From positions 60,251,507 to 60,315,506 of the forward strand of contig NC_068994.1 in the NCBI RefSeq assembly GCF_001194135.2: a stretch of 64,000 bases of DNA. Direction: 5' to 3'. How positions within the stretch are numbered: position 1 is the first letter of the stretch; each line of letters starts with the position of its first letter. The notes beneath the pieces are model-generated. The model did no database searches, was not told the origin of the DNA, and saw nothing but the letters and a program-made list of their open reading frames with translations. The stretch is from Octopus bimaculoides (lineage: Eukaryota). Shown in pieces: positions 24,591 to 36,500 of this stretch. The translations under genes were made by a program, and so were the position numbers.

Positions 24591-25312
24591 CATCTTGGTC
24601 TTGGCCTGTAGCCTCTGTAGGCTGAAGGGTTTGCCATAAGTCCTGAAACTGGTCTCGATGCTGGTTTCGTCGTCGCTACGGAAGGTAACCGGCAGAGTGA
24701 CTGAGAACAGGTGAACAGTGAAGTGCAAGTACAAAACCCTGCTGGAGTCAGTTAGTGAATGAGAAGGCGTCGGAAGAATCTCTATTGTCCAGTGCTCGTA
24801 CGAGCATGAGGTCGGGGAACTGTCGCACCATGGTGATAAATTTATCCCATAATCCTCCAAAGCCCCTCATGACCGACGGTCTCAAAGGCCTTGGTTAGAT
24901 CTACACTTCCCCCTGAAGTTGGCATGCGGCAGAGATCATGTCAACTGTCCCACGACCCTCTCTGAAGATATACTGACTCTCTGACAGGTATCTGTCTTGC
25001 ATATGGTGAGTGAGATGGTTAAGGACTCTTGAGAGTATCTTGCCAGTAATGGCAAGGAGAGAAATTCCTCGATGGTTGTCACAGGACTGCCCGTTGCCCT
25101 TTCTCTTGTAGAGACGGACAGTAGAAGCGTCCTTGAGCACTTGAGGAAAAACTTTTAGTTGCCACATGATCTAGATGAGATTGGTGAGCTTCTGTGCCAA
25201 GATTGGTCCCCCCTGCCTTGTATAGTTCAGCAGGGGTGGAGTCAGATCTTGGTGCCTTGGCATTCGTGAGAAGTTTGCTTCCTGAACCTCTGCTTCTATT
25301 GGAGGAAATGCT
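24591..25312 (-). mobile_element. RTE LINE, inverted 5' segment (RT domains 0-4)
   Basis: Minus strand: FPPIEAEVQEA, NAKAPRSDSTPAELYKAGG, YKRKGNGQSCDNHRGISLL, VDLTKAFETV, QQGFVLA, ending FSLQRLQAKTKM at 24591. Confidence 0.92.
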
Positions 25313-25775
25313 GATGTCATGTTGTTCGCCGACGACTGCGCACTTAACGCCGCCACAGAAGCCCAGTTGCAGTAGAGCATGAACTGTTTTCGCACAGCCT
25401 GCAATAACTTTTGCCTCACAATCAGTAGTCAGAAGACAGAGGTCATGTACCAACCTGCCCCACAGAAGCTCCACCAGCTATCATTGTCGAAGGGGAAACA
25501 CTGAAGGTTGTTAAGTTCATATACCTCGGCAGTAAACTCTCCAGATCATTGAAGATGAGGTCGATACACGCATCGAGAAGGGAAGCTCAGTGAATCAGTG
25601 TGAAAGAGGAGAGATATTAAGCTGGCCACCAAATTGAAGGTGCACCAAGCAGTTGTACTACCTACGCTACCGTGCGCCTGTGAGACATGGGCGGTTTATG
25701 AACGCTATACTAAAAGCCAATTCACTTCCACACAAAGTACCCGAGAAAGGTGTTGAAAATCACCTGGCAAGACAA
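25313..25775 (+). mobile_element. RTE LINE, direct segment (RT domain 5 onward)
   Basis: DVMLFADDCALNAATEAQLQ, LTISSQKTEVMYQPAP, KFIYLGS, KLKVHQAVVLPTLPCACETW and KVLKITWQDK. Confidence 0.92.
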
Positions 25776-25876
25776 AAAACAATTTTTAAGTGACAACGCC
25801 GAGGGACGCGCGCAAAATTTTCTCTCCATTTAGAGAAAAGCACAAATGCATTTCAGATGCTTATTCCTCCACCTCC

Positions 25877-25918
<42 letters not shown>

Positions 25919-25966
25919 CATACATACGTACATTATATATATATTACATATGTATACATATATATA

Positions 25967-26090
25967 TTACATGAACATACGTCCCAGTTTAGCATCGAAA
26001 GACGACACAAAAGTCTCTTCACTTTTGTTTCGAGTGCTCTCCATTAATTTGTAGTGCTACACGCGCACACACACGTATATATTATATATT

Positions 26091-26151
<61 letters not shown>

Positions 26152-26320
26152 ACTCATACACATATATAATATATACATGTGTGTCCCTACGTGTGTGTGT
26201 GTGCATGAGTGCGTGCGCTCGCGTGTGTAGTACTACAAATTAACAGAGAGCACTCGAGACAAACGCGTAGAGGCTTTTGTGTTGTCTTTCGATGCTAAAC
26301 TGGGACACATGTTCATGTAA
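25967..26320. repeat. Foldback: 100-bp inverted arms (25967-26066 and 26221-26320) around (TA)/(TG) microsatellite
   Basis: Left arm TTACATGAACATACGTCCCAGTTTAGCATCGAAAGACGACACAAAAG..GTAGTGCTACACGCGC aligns without gaps to the reverse complement of the right arm, roughly 85-90% identical by eye. Confidence 0.92.
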
Positions 26321-27047
26321 ACGAGACCTGATTCACCGAGTTCCCTCCACCCCCTTTACTACCCATGATGCTAATAAATCTCACAAGACCAGAGACTAGC
26401 AACAAGAAAATCTGATGAAGTTATTGATGAAAGTATTTGTCAAGTAAAGATAGTCGTATTTGCTGATCAAACAGTGTGAATTGTGTGCTAACTGATTGGC
26501 CGGAAGTGATCAGTAGCGAGAGTTCTATCACCTCATCTCTCAGATATTTGCGCTGGTAAATTAATGGAGAAAGGAAAACGTGTCACACCCAACGGACAAA
26601 TAGAACTGACAGAATCGAAGACAATGTTTAGTCGCAGCCGAAAGTCAGTTTTGCTTCATTAGGTCTAGGATGAAAGACATTCCAAACGTGGTTGTCTAGT
26701 CTTTTTATTAAGGTATATTGTATCTAAGACTATATTATCTAATGTGTCCTCTTTATAGACAGTTGTATGTGTGATTGGAGGGAGAGTCAGCTGCTGTTTC
26801 TAACGGGTCGAGTGACCATAATCGGTGTCCGCTGTATTTGTGTGGCAGTATCGGTAGTGCTTCAGTGGTAGCAGCTGCAACAGTGCCTTTTCTCCATAGT
26901 TTTGCTGTAGAAGCGTGATGGTGATTGCAATGATTGAGGGGTCGAGCAGTTTGTATTTATATGTTGTGGTTGTAATGCATCATCGCAAAGATTGTAATGG
27001 ATTGTTTGGCGGTAGCTGTAGTGATGACGGTTGTCACAGTAGCTGTA

Positions 27048-27106
<59 letters not shown>

Positions 27107-27189
27107 GTAGTAGTAGTAGTAGTAGTTTTGATACAAATCTTGTATTTTGAGCACACTTTTGTATGGGACAGAAACTTGTAACCTCTCAC

Positions 27190-27440
27190 ATGTGTTGTCT
27201 GTGCAATATCTGCAACATAAAATGGCAAGATATCAAATATCAAAATCTTAGAAAAATGTAACATCTCCAGTATCCAAAGCCTGCTGCTGAGACTTCAGTG
27301 CAGATGGGTAGGACATGTTGTTTGAATGAAAGATGACTGCATTCCGAAAATCTTTTCTGTGGCCACAGAAAAAGGGACGAAGGTGCATCGAGACCAGTTT
27401 CAGGACTTATGGCTAAGAAAAAGGCACAAAGGTGACCTTA
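27190..27440 (+). mobile_element. RTE LINE post-RT fragment (separate copy)
   Basis: CNIKWQD..ILEKCNISSIQSLLLRLQCRWVGHVV*MKDDCIPKIF matches the WQD/RWAGHV.RM...RIPK region of RTE ORFs. Confidence 0.8.
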
Positions 27441-27864
27441 AAGAGAGAAATATAAATTAAGGCAATAATATTATGCTAATGAAACAAAGATAAGAGATTT
27501 AGACTAAAGACAGACAAACAATTACATTAGGTAGGGACAACACGAAATAATAATTAGGAAGACGCATTAGATCAAAATTTAAAAACTGAGCTAAATGCCA
27601 AACGGTAAATAAAAATAATAATAAAATGAAATAAGACAGTAAACATCAACACTTTAGCTGACACTGAAATGGAATCACAATTTTAATACTCTCCATTGGA
27701 CGGAAAACGGAACCAGCTTCACTAGATTGTAAGACAAGCAACATAATAATTGCATTTAGAAAAATACCGCCCTTTTACAAATCTGAAGGGAAAGATTTTA
27801 TTTACGATGAATACAGAGGTAGAAGACTTATGCACGCACACATACACACACTCGCGCGCGTACT

Positions 27865-28550
27865 TACATGCATATAAGTTGGCCAGATGGATCCTTAGAA
27901 CTTTCAGAACGAGAGAACAGGAAACCATGATGGTCCCCTGGATCACATTAGTCCTCAGCCGCTTAGACTACTGCTCCTAACTATATCACCACACAGTGTA
28001 AAATTAACGGCAGGACTCGAAGCAACAGTGAAGTTACATAAAGATCTCAACAGGTCAGCTACTGAGAACGGCTGAAAATGTTGATACTCTCTGGAATGAA
28101 GGAGGGGAAAATATGCAGTGATATACATTTGTAAAATCCAGAAAGGACTAGTGCTAAACTTTGGCATTGAAAATTACACAAACACCAGAATTGGCGGGGC
28201 CACTGTATAGTGCCAAAGATCCCATCACCATCAAGATAGAGGGCCAGATACAGCAACAGCTTGGATTTCAAAACCTCACAGCTCTGCAGTATTCTCCCAA
28301 AATACCTGAGAGCCCGACATGGAGTGGATGTTGGTATCTTCAAGACAAAATTGGATCTCCTCCTGTCGACAGTTCCGGATAAAACCTATCTCACGGCAAG
28401 AAATACTGAGGACAGCAACATTAAACTACCTCACTCACTAAATGCCACGAATCAGAGGATGTTTTAAGTAATGAAAATATAAAAATGTAGCAAAACTGAG
28501 GGCGGTGCCCCAGCATGACCGCAACTCTCGAACTGAAACTAGAAAAAGAA
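27865..28550 (+). mobile_element. CR1-type LINE 3' end with 3' UTR and tail
   Basis: LARWILRTFRTREQETMMVPWITLVLSRLDYCS, then LCSILPKYLRARHGVDVGIFKTKLDLLLSTVPD. Ends GGCGGTGCCCCAGCATGACC..CTGAAACTAGAAAAAGAA. Confidence 0.88.
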
Positions 28551-29184
28551 TTATTACTAAGAAATAAGTAAATAGTTTCTCTTCCTCGGAAGAGAAACGG
28601 ATTAAAAAGCGATGTGTGTGTGTGTGCGTTTATGTTAAGATATAAAAACAATTCTATATTAAGCTTAAGACTTACTCAATACGCTTTAGTAGAGTATGTT
28701 TATAAACTTTTATAAGGAAACGGTTGACTGTGACTCCGAAGTTTCGGCTTGTTCATCTTCATCAGGTAATCTGAGGATGGCAAACAGGCGGAAACTTGGA
28801 AGTCATTGTCAATCTTTTCATTGTATAAGTTAATATGTGTATGTATGTATGTATGTATGTATGTATGTATGTATGTATGTATGTATGTATGTATGCATGT
28901 ATGTACGTATGCATGTGTGTATGTATGCATGTGTGAGTATGCATGTGTGAGTATGCATGTGTGTGTGTATGCATGTGTGTGTGTATGTATGTAGCTGTGT
29001 TTGTACGCTGGTAGGTAGGTAAGTCGAAAGTAGATAATAGGTGGGACATGACTGGCTGGTTGGCTGGCTGGTTTGTATATAGAATGGTTGCGAGTGAATG
29101 AGATGGAATTAGCTGGCAAGATAAGTATTTGAATAAATATTGAGAGAAAGAGAGAGAAAAGCAGAGAGAGAGAGAGAGAGTGCA

Positions 29185-29246
<62 letters not shown>

Positions 29247-29550
29247 GTGGGGTATGAGTGTCAGAGAAAAACAGAGGTTGAAAGATTACTCAGAATCAAA
29301 AAAAATTTCTTGTCGCCTTCAAAAGTTGAAATATTCTGAAAGAAAGTGAGAAAGACAGTAAGGAAGAAAGAAAAAAAGACAGATTTAGAAACAGATATAG
29401 AAAAAGAGAAACAAAGAAGTTGAAGAACTTCACAATGGCGTCAAATTCTCCACCAAAGCTGGAACTCTCACGAAGACAATCAACTCTGATTTTATTGTTA
29501 GCTCCACGTATGTCTTATTGGGGCAGATACAAATAATGCATGACATACAG

Positions 29551-29590
<40 letters not shown>

Positions 29591-29734
29591 TGCATAAAAA
29601 ACTGTAACAAATATACTCACGCACACTATAACAAATGCACTTACACATTTGTATATATGCATACTTTCATACACACCTACCTTCCTACCTACCTACATAT
29701 ATACATACGCACGCACGTACATGCATATGCACAT

Positions 29735-29796
<62 letters not shown>

Positions 29797-30484
29797 TTCA
29801 AACATAGATTGTAGTTATGTTTACAATTATAACTGTTTTTATAAGATGTACATACAACCACACGCGCAGGCATACATATATATATCTATAATGTGTGCGT
29901 GCGTGTGTGAGTGCGTGTATGTGCGTACATGTACGTGTGTGTCTATGTGTTTGTGTATAGAATTTTGCTTATTGTTATACATACAGGAATGATCTATATT
30001 CAGTGTATATACTTATGGTATATATTGTATTCTTGCAGGCATACAGTCATGTATTCATCTATATCTCGTCTTTGGTATCGACTTTTATTCATACTTGTGT
30101 GTGACTCACACGAAAAGATAGAGCATTGGGTTTGTCTGCGCAGCATTTAAATACGCGGCGTCGATGGAGATTAACTGCCCGCTGCGACAGCAGCGAAACG
30201 CCTTCAACAAGAACCTTGCTTCAGATCTGGAAGCTAATGTTCCGTTCTAGTTACACAACAGAACTTACTTCTGTGAGCTCCAGAGAGACTCTGGATGTTC
30301 CATGCGTCTGTTGTGCTTATGAAGAATTTTTGAAACGGTGGAGGGGAGTGAGGAGGGATTAATTTCTCTTTAAAGAATTGGTACCCATTTCTTCACATAA
30401 AGTAAATTAATGTCAGAACTGAGTTAACTAAATAGATGGAATACGGATTGATCGAGGGACAAAATGGCAGGTCGGTGTAAGTGA

Positions 30485-30516
<32 letters not shown>

Positions 30517-30964
30517 TTGTTCTTTGTGCGTGAACATAATGTGCGTGAACGTAATGTGTGTGTGAAAGAGAGAGGGGGTGAGAGAGAGGAGGGGGCAGAG
30601 GAAAGGGGAAGAGGGGGGAGAGAAATTAACAGAAAGACATAGATATACAGATACATTTACGTTTGCATGTGTATAAAGGTATGTGTATTTTCAACTTTAT
30701 GTGTGTGTGTGTTCGTTGTGCGAGTAAGAAGCAACTAACGATATACACATAGAATTGAAGCAGACTGTCCCCCAAATACGTCCACCGCTGTCCTCCTACA
30801 CACATTTACACGCCACTCTCCTCCTCTGTTCCGACGCACCATCTTTGGTAATAATGAATTGGTGAGAGACGCTGTAGAATTGTCTCCAGTTATTGCTGAG
30901 AGAATTCCATATTTTCTTTATTACTTTCCATATTTATACTTTGTTCTGTTATCATTATTGGTGC

Positions 30965-30998
<34 letters not shown>

Positions 30999-31326
30999 GG
31001 CCTTCTCTTATTTGCAGCTTTCATCAATATAGAGAACGAGGGCGCCAGTGTGTGCTGCAGGCCGTTCATATTACGCATGGATATAAACATGTACATAAAT
31101 AGATGAATGTGTGTGCACAAGTGGATGTGTTTTTGGTTTGCGTCTGTGTACGAGCAGATATATATATACATATATATANNNNNNNNNNNNNNNNNNNNNN
31201 NNNNNNNNNNNNNNNNNNNNNNNNNNNNNNNNNNNNNNNNNNNNNNNNNNNNNNNNNNNNNNNNNNNNNNNNNNNNNNNNNNNNNNNNNNNNNNNNNNNN
31301 NNNNNNNNNNNNNNNNNNNNNNNNNN

Positions 31327-31360
<34 letters not shown>

Positions 31361-31458
31361 ATTGATAGGTATGCAACATCTCGGTAAGTGAAAACGAAAG
31401 AAAATTCAACAGTTTTTGTGTTGTAAATATTTAATTTAATTGTGGAGTTGTGTATATA

Positions 31459-31620
31459 TTAGATTGCCCGGAAAGTTCTGAGCGTTTTTAAGTTAAATCA
31501 TTTAACGATTCATTGAACACACCTGAAACGTAACACAGTTAAAACTTTGGCGTTGCTTGAAGTGGAAGTGCATCTCTTCAACTCTGCATTTAGTAGAGTT
31601 ACAGGCCTGAAGTTGATAAA
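31459..31620 (+). mobile_element. Mariner-like 5' end (TIR after TA)
   Basis: TA|TTAGATTGCCCGGAAAGTTCTGAGCGTTTT resembles mariner TIRs. No transposase follows. Confidence 0.5.
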
Positions 31621-31624
31621 ATCA

Positions 31625-31865
31625 CCCCTCTCCCACTTTCCGGGACTTTCTCAGTAGTACAACCGCACCACTTATCGCCGGCAAGGAATCCCCCGTTCTG
31701 TTGCCAGTTGCTGTAGACATCTGCTCGAAGCTCCCGAATGAGTGTGGAATATGACGACAAAGCTCGTGGGGCAGATCTTTCAGCTCCATTGACCTCTCCC
31801 TCGTGCAACCAGCCATCGTGCCCCGTATTTCGTCAGCTGTTATCAGCTTTTCGCAGAAGTAGATG
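31625..31865 (-). mobile_element. Tx1/L1-type LINE RT N-terminal fragment
   Basis: CEKLITADEIRGTMAGCTRERSMELKDLPHEL, then ADVYSNWQQNG and GAVVLLRK. Resembles CEG.IT..EI..AM..C..GKSPGLDGLPYE..W...G..GV..LL.K. Confidence 0.7.
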
Positions 31866-33329
31866 GTGGTGGTGGGAGTGGTTGTGAATAGCGGAATTGA
31901 TTGTTGCTGTTGGTGCTGTTGGTGGTGGAGGTGGTGAAGATCTTAAATGTTTCAATAATAAAGAAAGGAAAGTTTGAAATGAGCACGACTGAATATTAAC
32001 GTATGAAGTAAATATAACCAGAAATTTAAACCGTATTAACCGATTAAATATCGATCTGTCTATTGTAAGTTAAATAATCCAGGGTTTTCTATCATAACAA
32101 TGTGATGGATTAATTTAAAATATGGATCAGTCATTGCGTAGGAAATTGGTTCAACAAACATCATCTGATGTAAGCCATTGTATAATGAAATGTTTTGGGC
32201 ACCTGGTGTCAGCTTTGGCAGGAACTGACAGATTGTTGAGGGAGAACACTACAAACCATATGCCATTTCTCTCTCCCTCTCTCTCACACACGAACTTTAT
32301 CTCTCTCACTATCTCATTCACTCGCTCTGCCCCCCCCCTCTCTCTCTCTCTCACACACACACAACGAGATAGTTGCAGTTTCCCATCTGGGATCTACAGA
32401 CTTCTTGACCCCTACGTTAGAACAACATTATAGTTAATTCAAATCTCAGATTAAAATGAAATTTTGGATAAGTCAAACATGTAAATCTCATGCTACATGT
32501 GACCGATAAGCTAAAGTTAACCTACAAAAGTATAAAGGGAGATGGAATTCCTGTACTTGTCTCTAAAACAACGTAAGTTGACTAAAGTTGTGCCGAATAG
32601 GTGGTTGGTTTTGTCGAAACTGACTGGCACCGTTGTGGTACTGTGCCTGTCGCTAAGGGTTAGCTTTATACTAACAGCGTGAATGCAGTAAAATAGCTTA
32701 AAAGAATTCGTTGAGTTGACATATTGAACCGTTTTACACCAAGATGTCCACCAAAGAGACATAAGAATAAATTACAGCCGATTACCTATTCAGAACAAAA
32801 GCATTAGTTCTAACGGTAAAATAATTAGAATGCTGAGGTTGATTATAGAACAAAAATATAATTGGAACAGAGACAATGAATAATTTTACGCACTGGAAAA
32901 AAATTTTTTATACTTCAATAAAAGTAATGATGACGTCACGAATCACAGAGGCTGATGAACCAGGCTGATGACATAAAACTTATTGTCGATGACAGTCGAT
33001 CGCAGATAAACTTCTATAAAATAGGGAATTGTAACATTGCTAAGAATTCTGTTTAGCGAAATACTGAAAATGTCAGCAGGAGATAAGAATTTTCTATTGC
33101 GTGGTTGAAAGCTCAGTGCTGTATGGATTTAGCCCTTCTTTCATTGATTAAAAATCAAAGTTCTATATATTGATACACTCAAGTATCTACAGCACTCTTC
33201 CTGTACAAACGGCGAGTCACATTCACAAAAACTGTATAATACACATTCAATATAATAGTAATAATGAGAAGGCAACTGCGGTGAGAGAATACAGAGAAAT
33301 TATATATATATTTATATATATATATATAT

Positions 33330-33487
33330 ACGACGAGCTTCTTTCAGTTTCCGTCTACCAAATCCACCCACAATACTTTGGTCGGCTCGAGACTATAGTA
33401 GAAGAAACTTGCCCAAGGTACCATGCAGTGGGACAGAACCCGGAACTATGTATGGTTGGGAAGCAACCACACAGCCAGGCCTACGCC
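33330..33487 (-). mobile_element. SINE family A head
   Basis: Reverse complement of the tRNA-like head and body seen at 56835-57000. Confidence 0.85.
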
Positions 33488-35372
33488 TATATATATATAT
33501 ATATANNNNNNNNNNNNNNNNNNNNNNNNNNNNNNNNNNNNNNNNNNNNNNNNNNNNNNNNNNNNNNNNNNNNNNNNNNNNNNNNNNNNNNNNNNNNNNN
33601 NNNNNNNNNNNNNNNNNNNNNNNNNNNNNNNNNNNNNNNNNNNNNNNNNNNNNNNNNNNNNNNNNNNNNNNNNNNNNNNNNNNNNNNNNNNNNNNNNNNN
33701 NNNNNNNNNNNNNNNNNNNNNNNNNNNNNNNNNNNNNNNNNNNNNNNNNNNNNNNNNNNNNNNNNNNNNNNNNNNNNNNNNNNNNNNNNNNNNNNNNNNN
33801 NNNNNNNNNNNNNNNNNNNNNNNNNNNNNNNNNNNNNNNNNNNNNNNNNNNNNNNNNNNNNNNNNNNNNNNNNNNNNNNNNNNNNNNNNNNNNNNNNNNN
33901 NNNNNNNNNNNNNNNNNNNNNNNNNNNNNNNNNNNNNNNNNNNNNNNNNNNNNNNNNNNNNNNNNNNNNNNNNNNNNNNNNNNNNNNNNNNNNNNNNNNN
34001 NNNNNNNNNNNNNNNNNNNNNNNNNNNNNNNNNNNNNNNNNNNNNNNNNNNNNNNNNNNNNNNNNNNNNNNNNNNNNNNNNNNNNNNNNNNNNNNNNNNN
34101 NNNNNNNNNNNNNNNNNNNNNNNNNNNNNNNNNNNNNNNNNNNNNNNNNNNNNNNNNNNNNNNNNNNNNNNNNNNNNNNNNNNNNNNNNNNNNNNNNNNN
34201 NNNNNNNNNNNNNNNNNNNNNNNNNNNNNNNNNNNNNNNNNNNNNNNNNNNNNNNNNNNNNNNNNNNNNNNNNNNNNNNNNNNNNNNNNNNNNNNNNNNN
34301 NNNNNNNNNNNNNNNNNNNNNNNNNNNNNNNNNNNNNNNNNNNNNNNNNNNNNNNNNNNNNNNNNNNNNNNNNNNNNNNNNNNNNNNNNNNNNNNNNNNN
34401 NNNNNNNNNNNNNNNNNNNNNNNNNNNNNNNNNNNNNNNNNNNNNNNNNNNNNNNNNNNNNNNNNNNNNNNNTGCATTAAGTAAATAAGAAAGGAAACGA
34501 GCTGAAAGAGAAGAGTGACGAAGAATAGAATAGAAGACCGAAAATGACAACCATAGAATATTTAGAGTGAAAGGGTTGGAGGAGAAAGTTGCGGGGGTGG
34601 GGTGGAGGCGAAGTTATTGGTTTGAATTGCTTGAAATAACCGTGGGATATTTAATCATAGACTCTGAGAGAAGGAATATCAAGTTAACTATCTTCCTGTC
34701 CATGTTCCCTCAGCTTAAATGAACGAAAGATACCTTCCTGGCGAATGATTCATCTATCCGGACATTTGGGAAGAAGACGCAAAGCAAATGGCAAGCGGAC
34801 AGTGAGGTAGGGGAAGGTGGGTGGTAGGTGGTGGGTGGAGCGAAAAATGATTGGATCTGATGATCGGTTAAATTAAGTCATCATCAGTCGTGGAATAACA
34901 ATGACAAGACTTTGGATGATAACGAAAGAAAAGGTTGAGGTGTAGGAAAGAGCGATACAGAAGAGAAACGATGGAAGAAAAGGAAGAAAAAATAGGAGAG
35001 AAAAGCAGAGTGAAACTGATCGACAAAGAATATGAAACGAGGAGGCGGAGAAATGAGGGAAGAAGAAGGGAGGAGGAAGAAGAAGAAGAAACGCCGTAGC
35101 GAGTTCCAAGCGACAAACGCACCGTCGTAGTTGTTTTTCTAAGAGAACACTTATTTAAGAGAGCGACAGAAAGGGAGATCATTCTGCGAAAGGACTGTAG
35201 CTTTCTCAAATTAGTTATTGGACATTAATGTTGATTTCAGAGATTATATTTTCCCCAATATTATCTAACTGGGCATTGGCCCGAGGCATAGGTTTTGAAG
35301 AATTCTTATGTTAACGCACATACACACGCCACAAACGTGCGCGCATGTGTATAGATAGATAGATAGATAATA

Positions 35373-35450
35373 GAGCGATAGATAGATAGAGCGATAGATA
35401 GATAGAGCGATAGATAGATAGAGCGATAGATAGATAGAGCGATAGATAGG
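35373..35450. repeat. 16-bp GATA-derived minisatellite (GAGCGATAGATAGATA) ~x5
   Basis: Seen directly. Confidence 0.9.
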
Positions 35451-35778
35451 TATTTGGCACAGCTTTACTCAATTTACGTTGTTTTAGAGAAAAGTACAAT
35501 TACATCTTCCAATATACTTTATATTTTAACAAATTCTCAAACTTTGTGATTCCTCATGAAACCATTTGACTTTTCATTTTTAGTTTCGATTTCTACTACA
35601 GCTTCAGATGCCAACTGACTTAACAACCATTATACCATAGATAAACACACAGACTATCATTTCGTTTCTGCTCCAAGCTTTATGCTTTCTATTCAATCGA
35701 TTTACACATCTAAGTATCCTTAGATGAAAACAAGCAATGTTAAATCTCTGAACGATGTATAAACAGTAACTGCACGAC

Positions 35779-36078
35779 AACGTGAAGTATATTTGCCACT
35801 TAAATGCGGCACTGGAAAAAGTATATATGTATTTGCATTGGGACGCCTTCGCATCGAAGATTGGTGATTGTCGTCCGCTGACGAAGGGTAAATACCCAGA
35901 AACTCGAGTCCGTGCGTATCACGTCAGATCAAGATGGGAAGGATGACTTCCCTTTGCAAATGCCGACAGGGCACAGATGTGTGTCAATAGCCAGCTGGAG
36001 GAGATGTTCTCCTGGGGCTAAAAGCAACATTCACCCTTAGTGTTTAGCCGCATTTAAGTGGCGAATATACTTCACGTT
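35779..36078. mobile_element. 300-bp element with 32-bp terminal inverted repeats (MITE-like or Penelope-derived)
   Basis: Left AACGTGAAGTATATTTGCCACTTAAATGCGGC (35779-35810) versus right GCCGCATTTAAGTGGCGAATATACTTCACGTT (36047-36078): 31/32 complementary. No ORF, and no clear TSD. Confidence 0.85.
35872..35916 (+). ncRNA. Minimal type I hammerhead ribozyme-like motif inside the TIR element
   Basis: CGTCCG-CTGACGA-A-GGGT-AAAT-ACCC-A-GAAAC-TCGA-GTC-CGTGCG. CUGANGA (35878-84) and GAAA (35899-902) are intact, with a 4-bp stem II, palindromic stem III ACTCGAGT and a GUC triplet (35908-10). Confidence 0.7.
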
Positions 36079-36359
36079 ATATATATATATATATATATAT
36101 ATGTACTGAAGTATTTGTATGTATGCGTATACATATATATGTATATATATACACCTATATATGTATGTATACACATATGTATAATACATACATACACATG
36201 TTTATGCATATACACACAAACATATATATCCATATGTATATATAATTATGTACACATATGTGTGTCTGTGTGTGTAAATCAGAACATAATTTATCAATTG
36301 CATTTGTATGCAAACACAAAAAGTAACTTTTGCTGCCAAATAGGCTGTTTACAGATGTA

Positions 36360-36447
<88 letters not shown>

Positions 36448-36460
36448 CGTATGTATGTAA

Positions 36461-36500
<40 letters not shown>

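Noticed and set aside
24630-24690. Hammerhead-like GACGAAAC on the minus strand
   Set aside because: Fully explained as RTE coding sequence (RSDDETSIETSFRTYGK), and no CUGANGA is present.
26495-26515. ATTGG plus CCGGAAGTG (CCAAT and ETS) promoter-like pair
   Set aside because: Short motifs with no downstream exon or transcript evidence.
30110-30230. Minus-strand AYLNAAQTNPMLY resembling GPCR TM7 NPxxY
   Set aside because: No preceding hydrophobic helices, wrong spacing and a short frame bounded by stops.
34800-34845. TGAGGTAG let-7-like start and G-rich run
   Set aside because: The match stops after 8 nt and there is no precursor hairpin.
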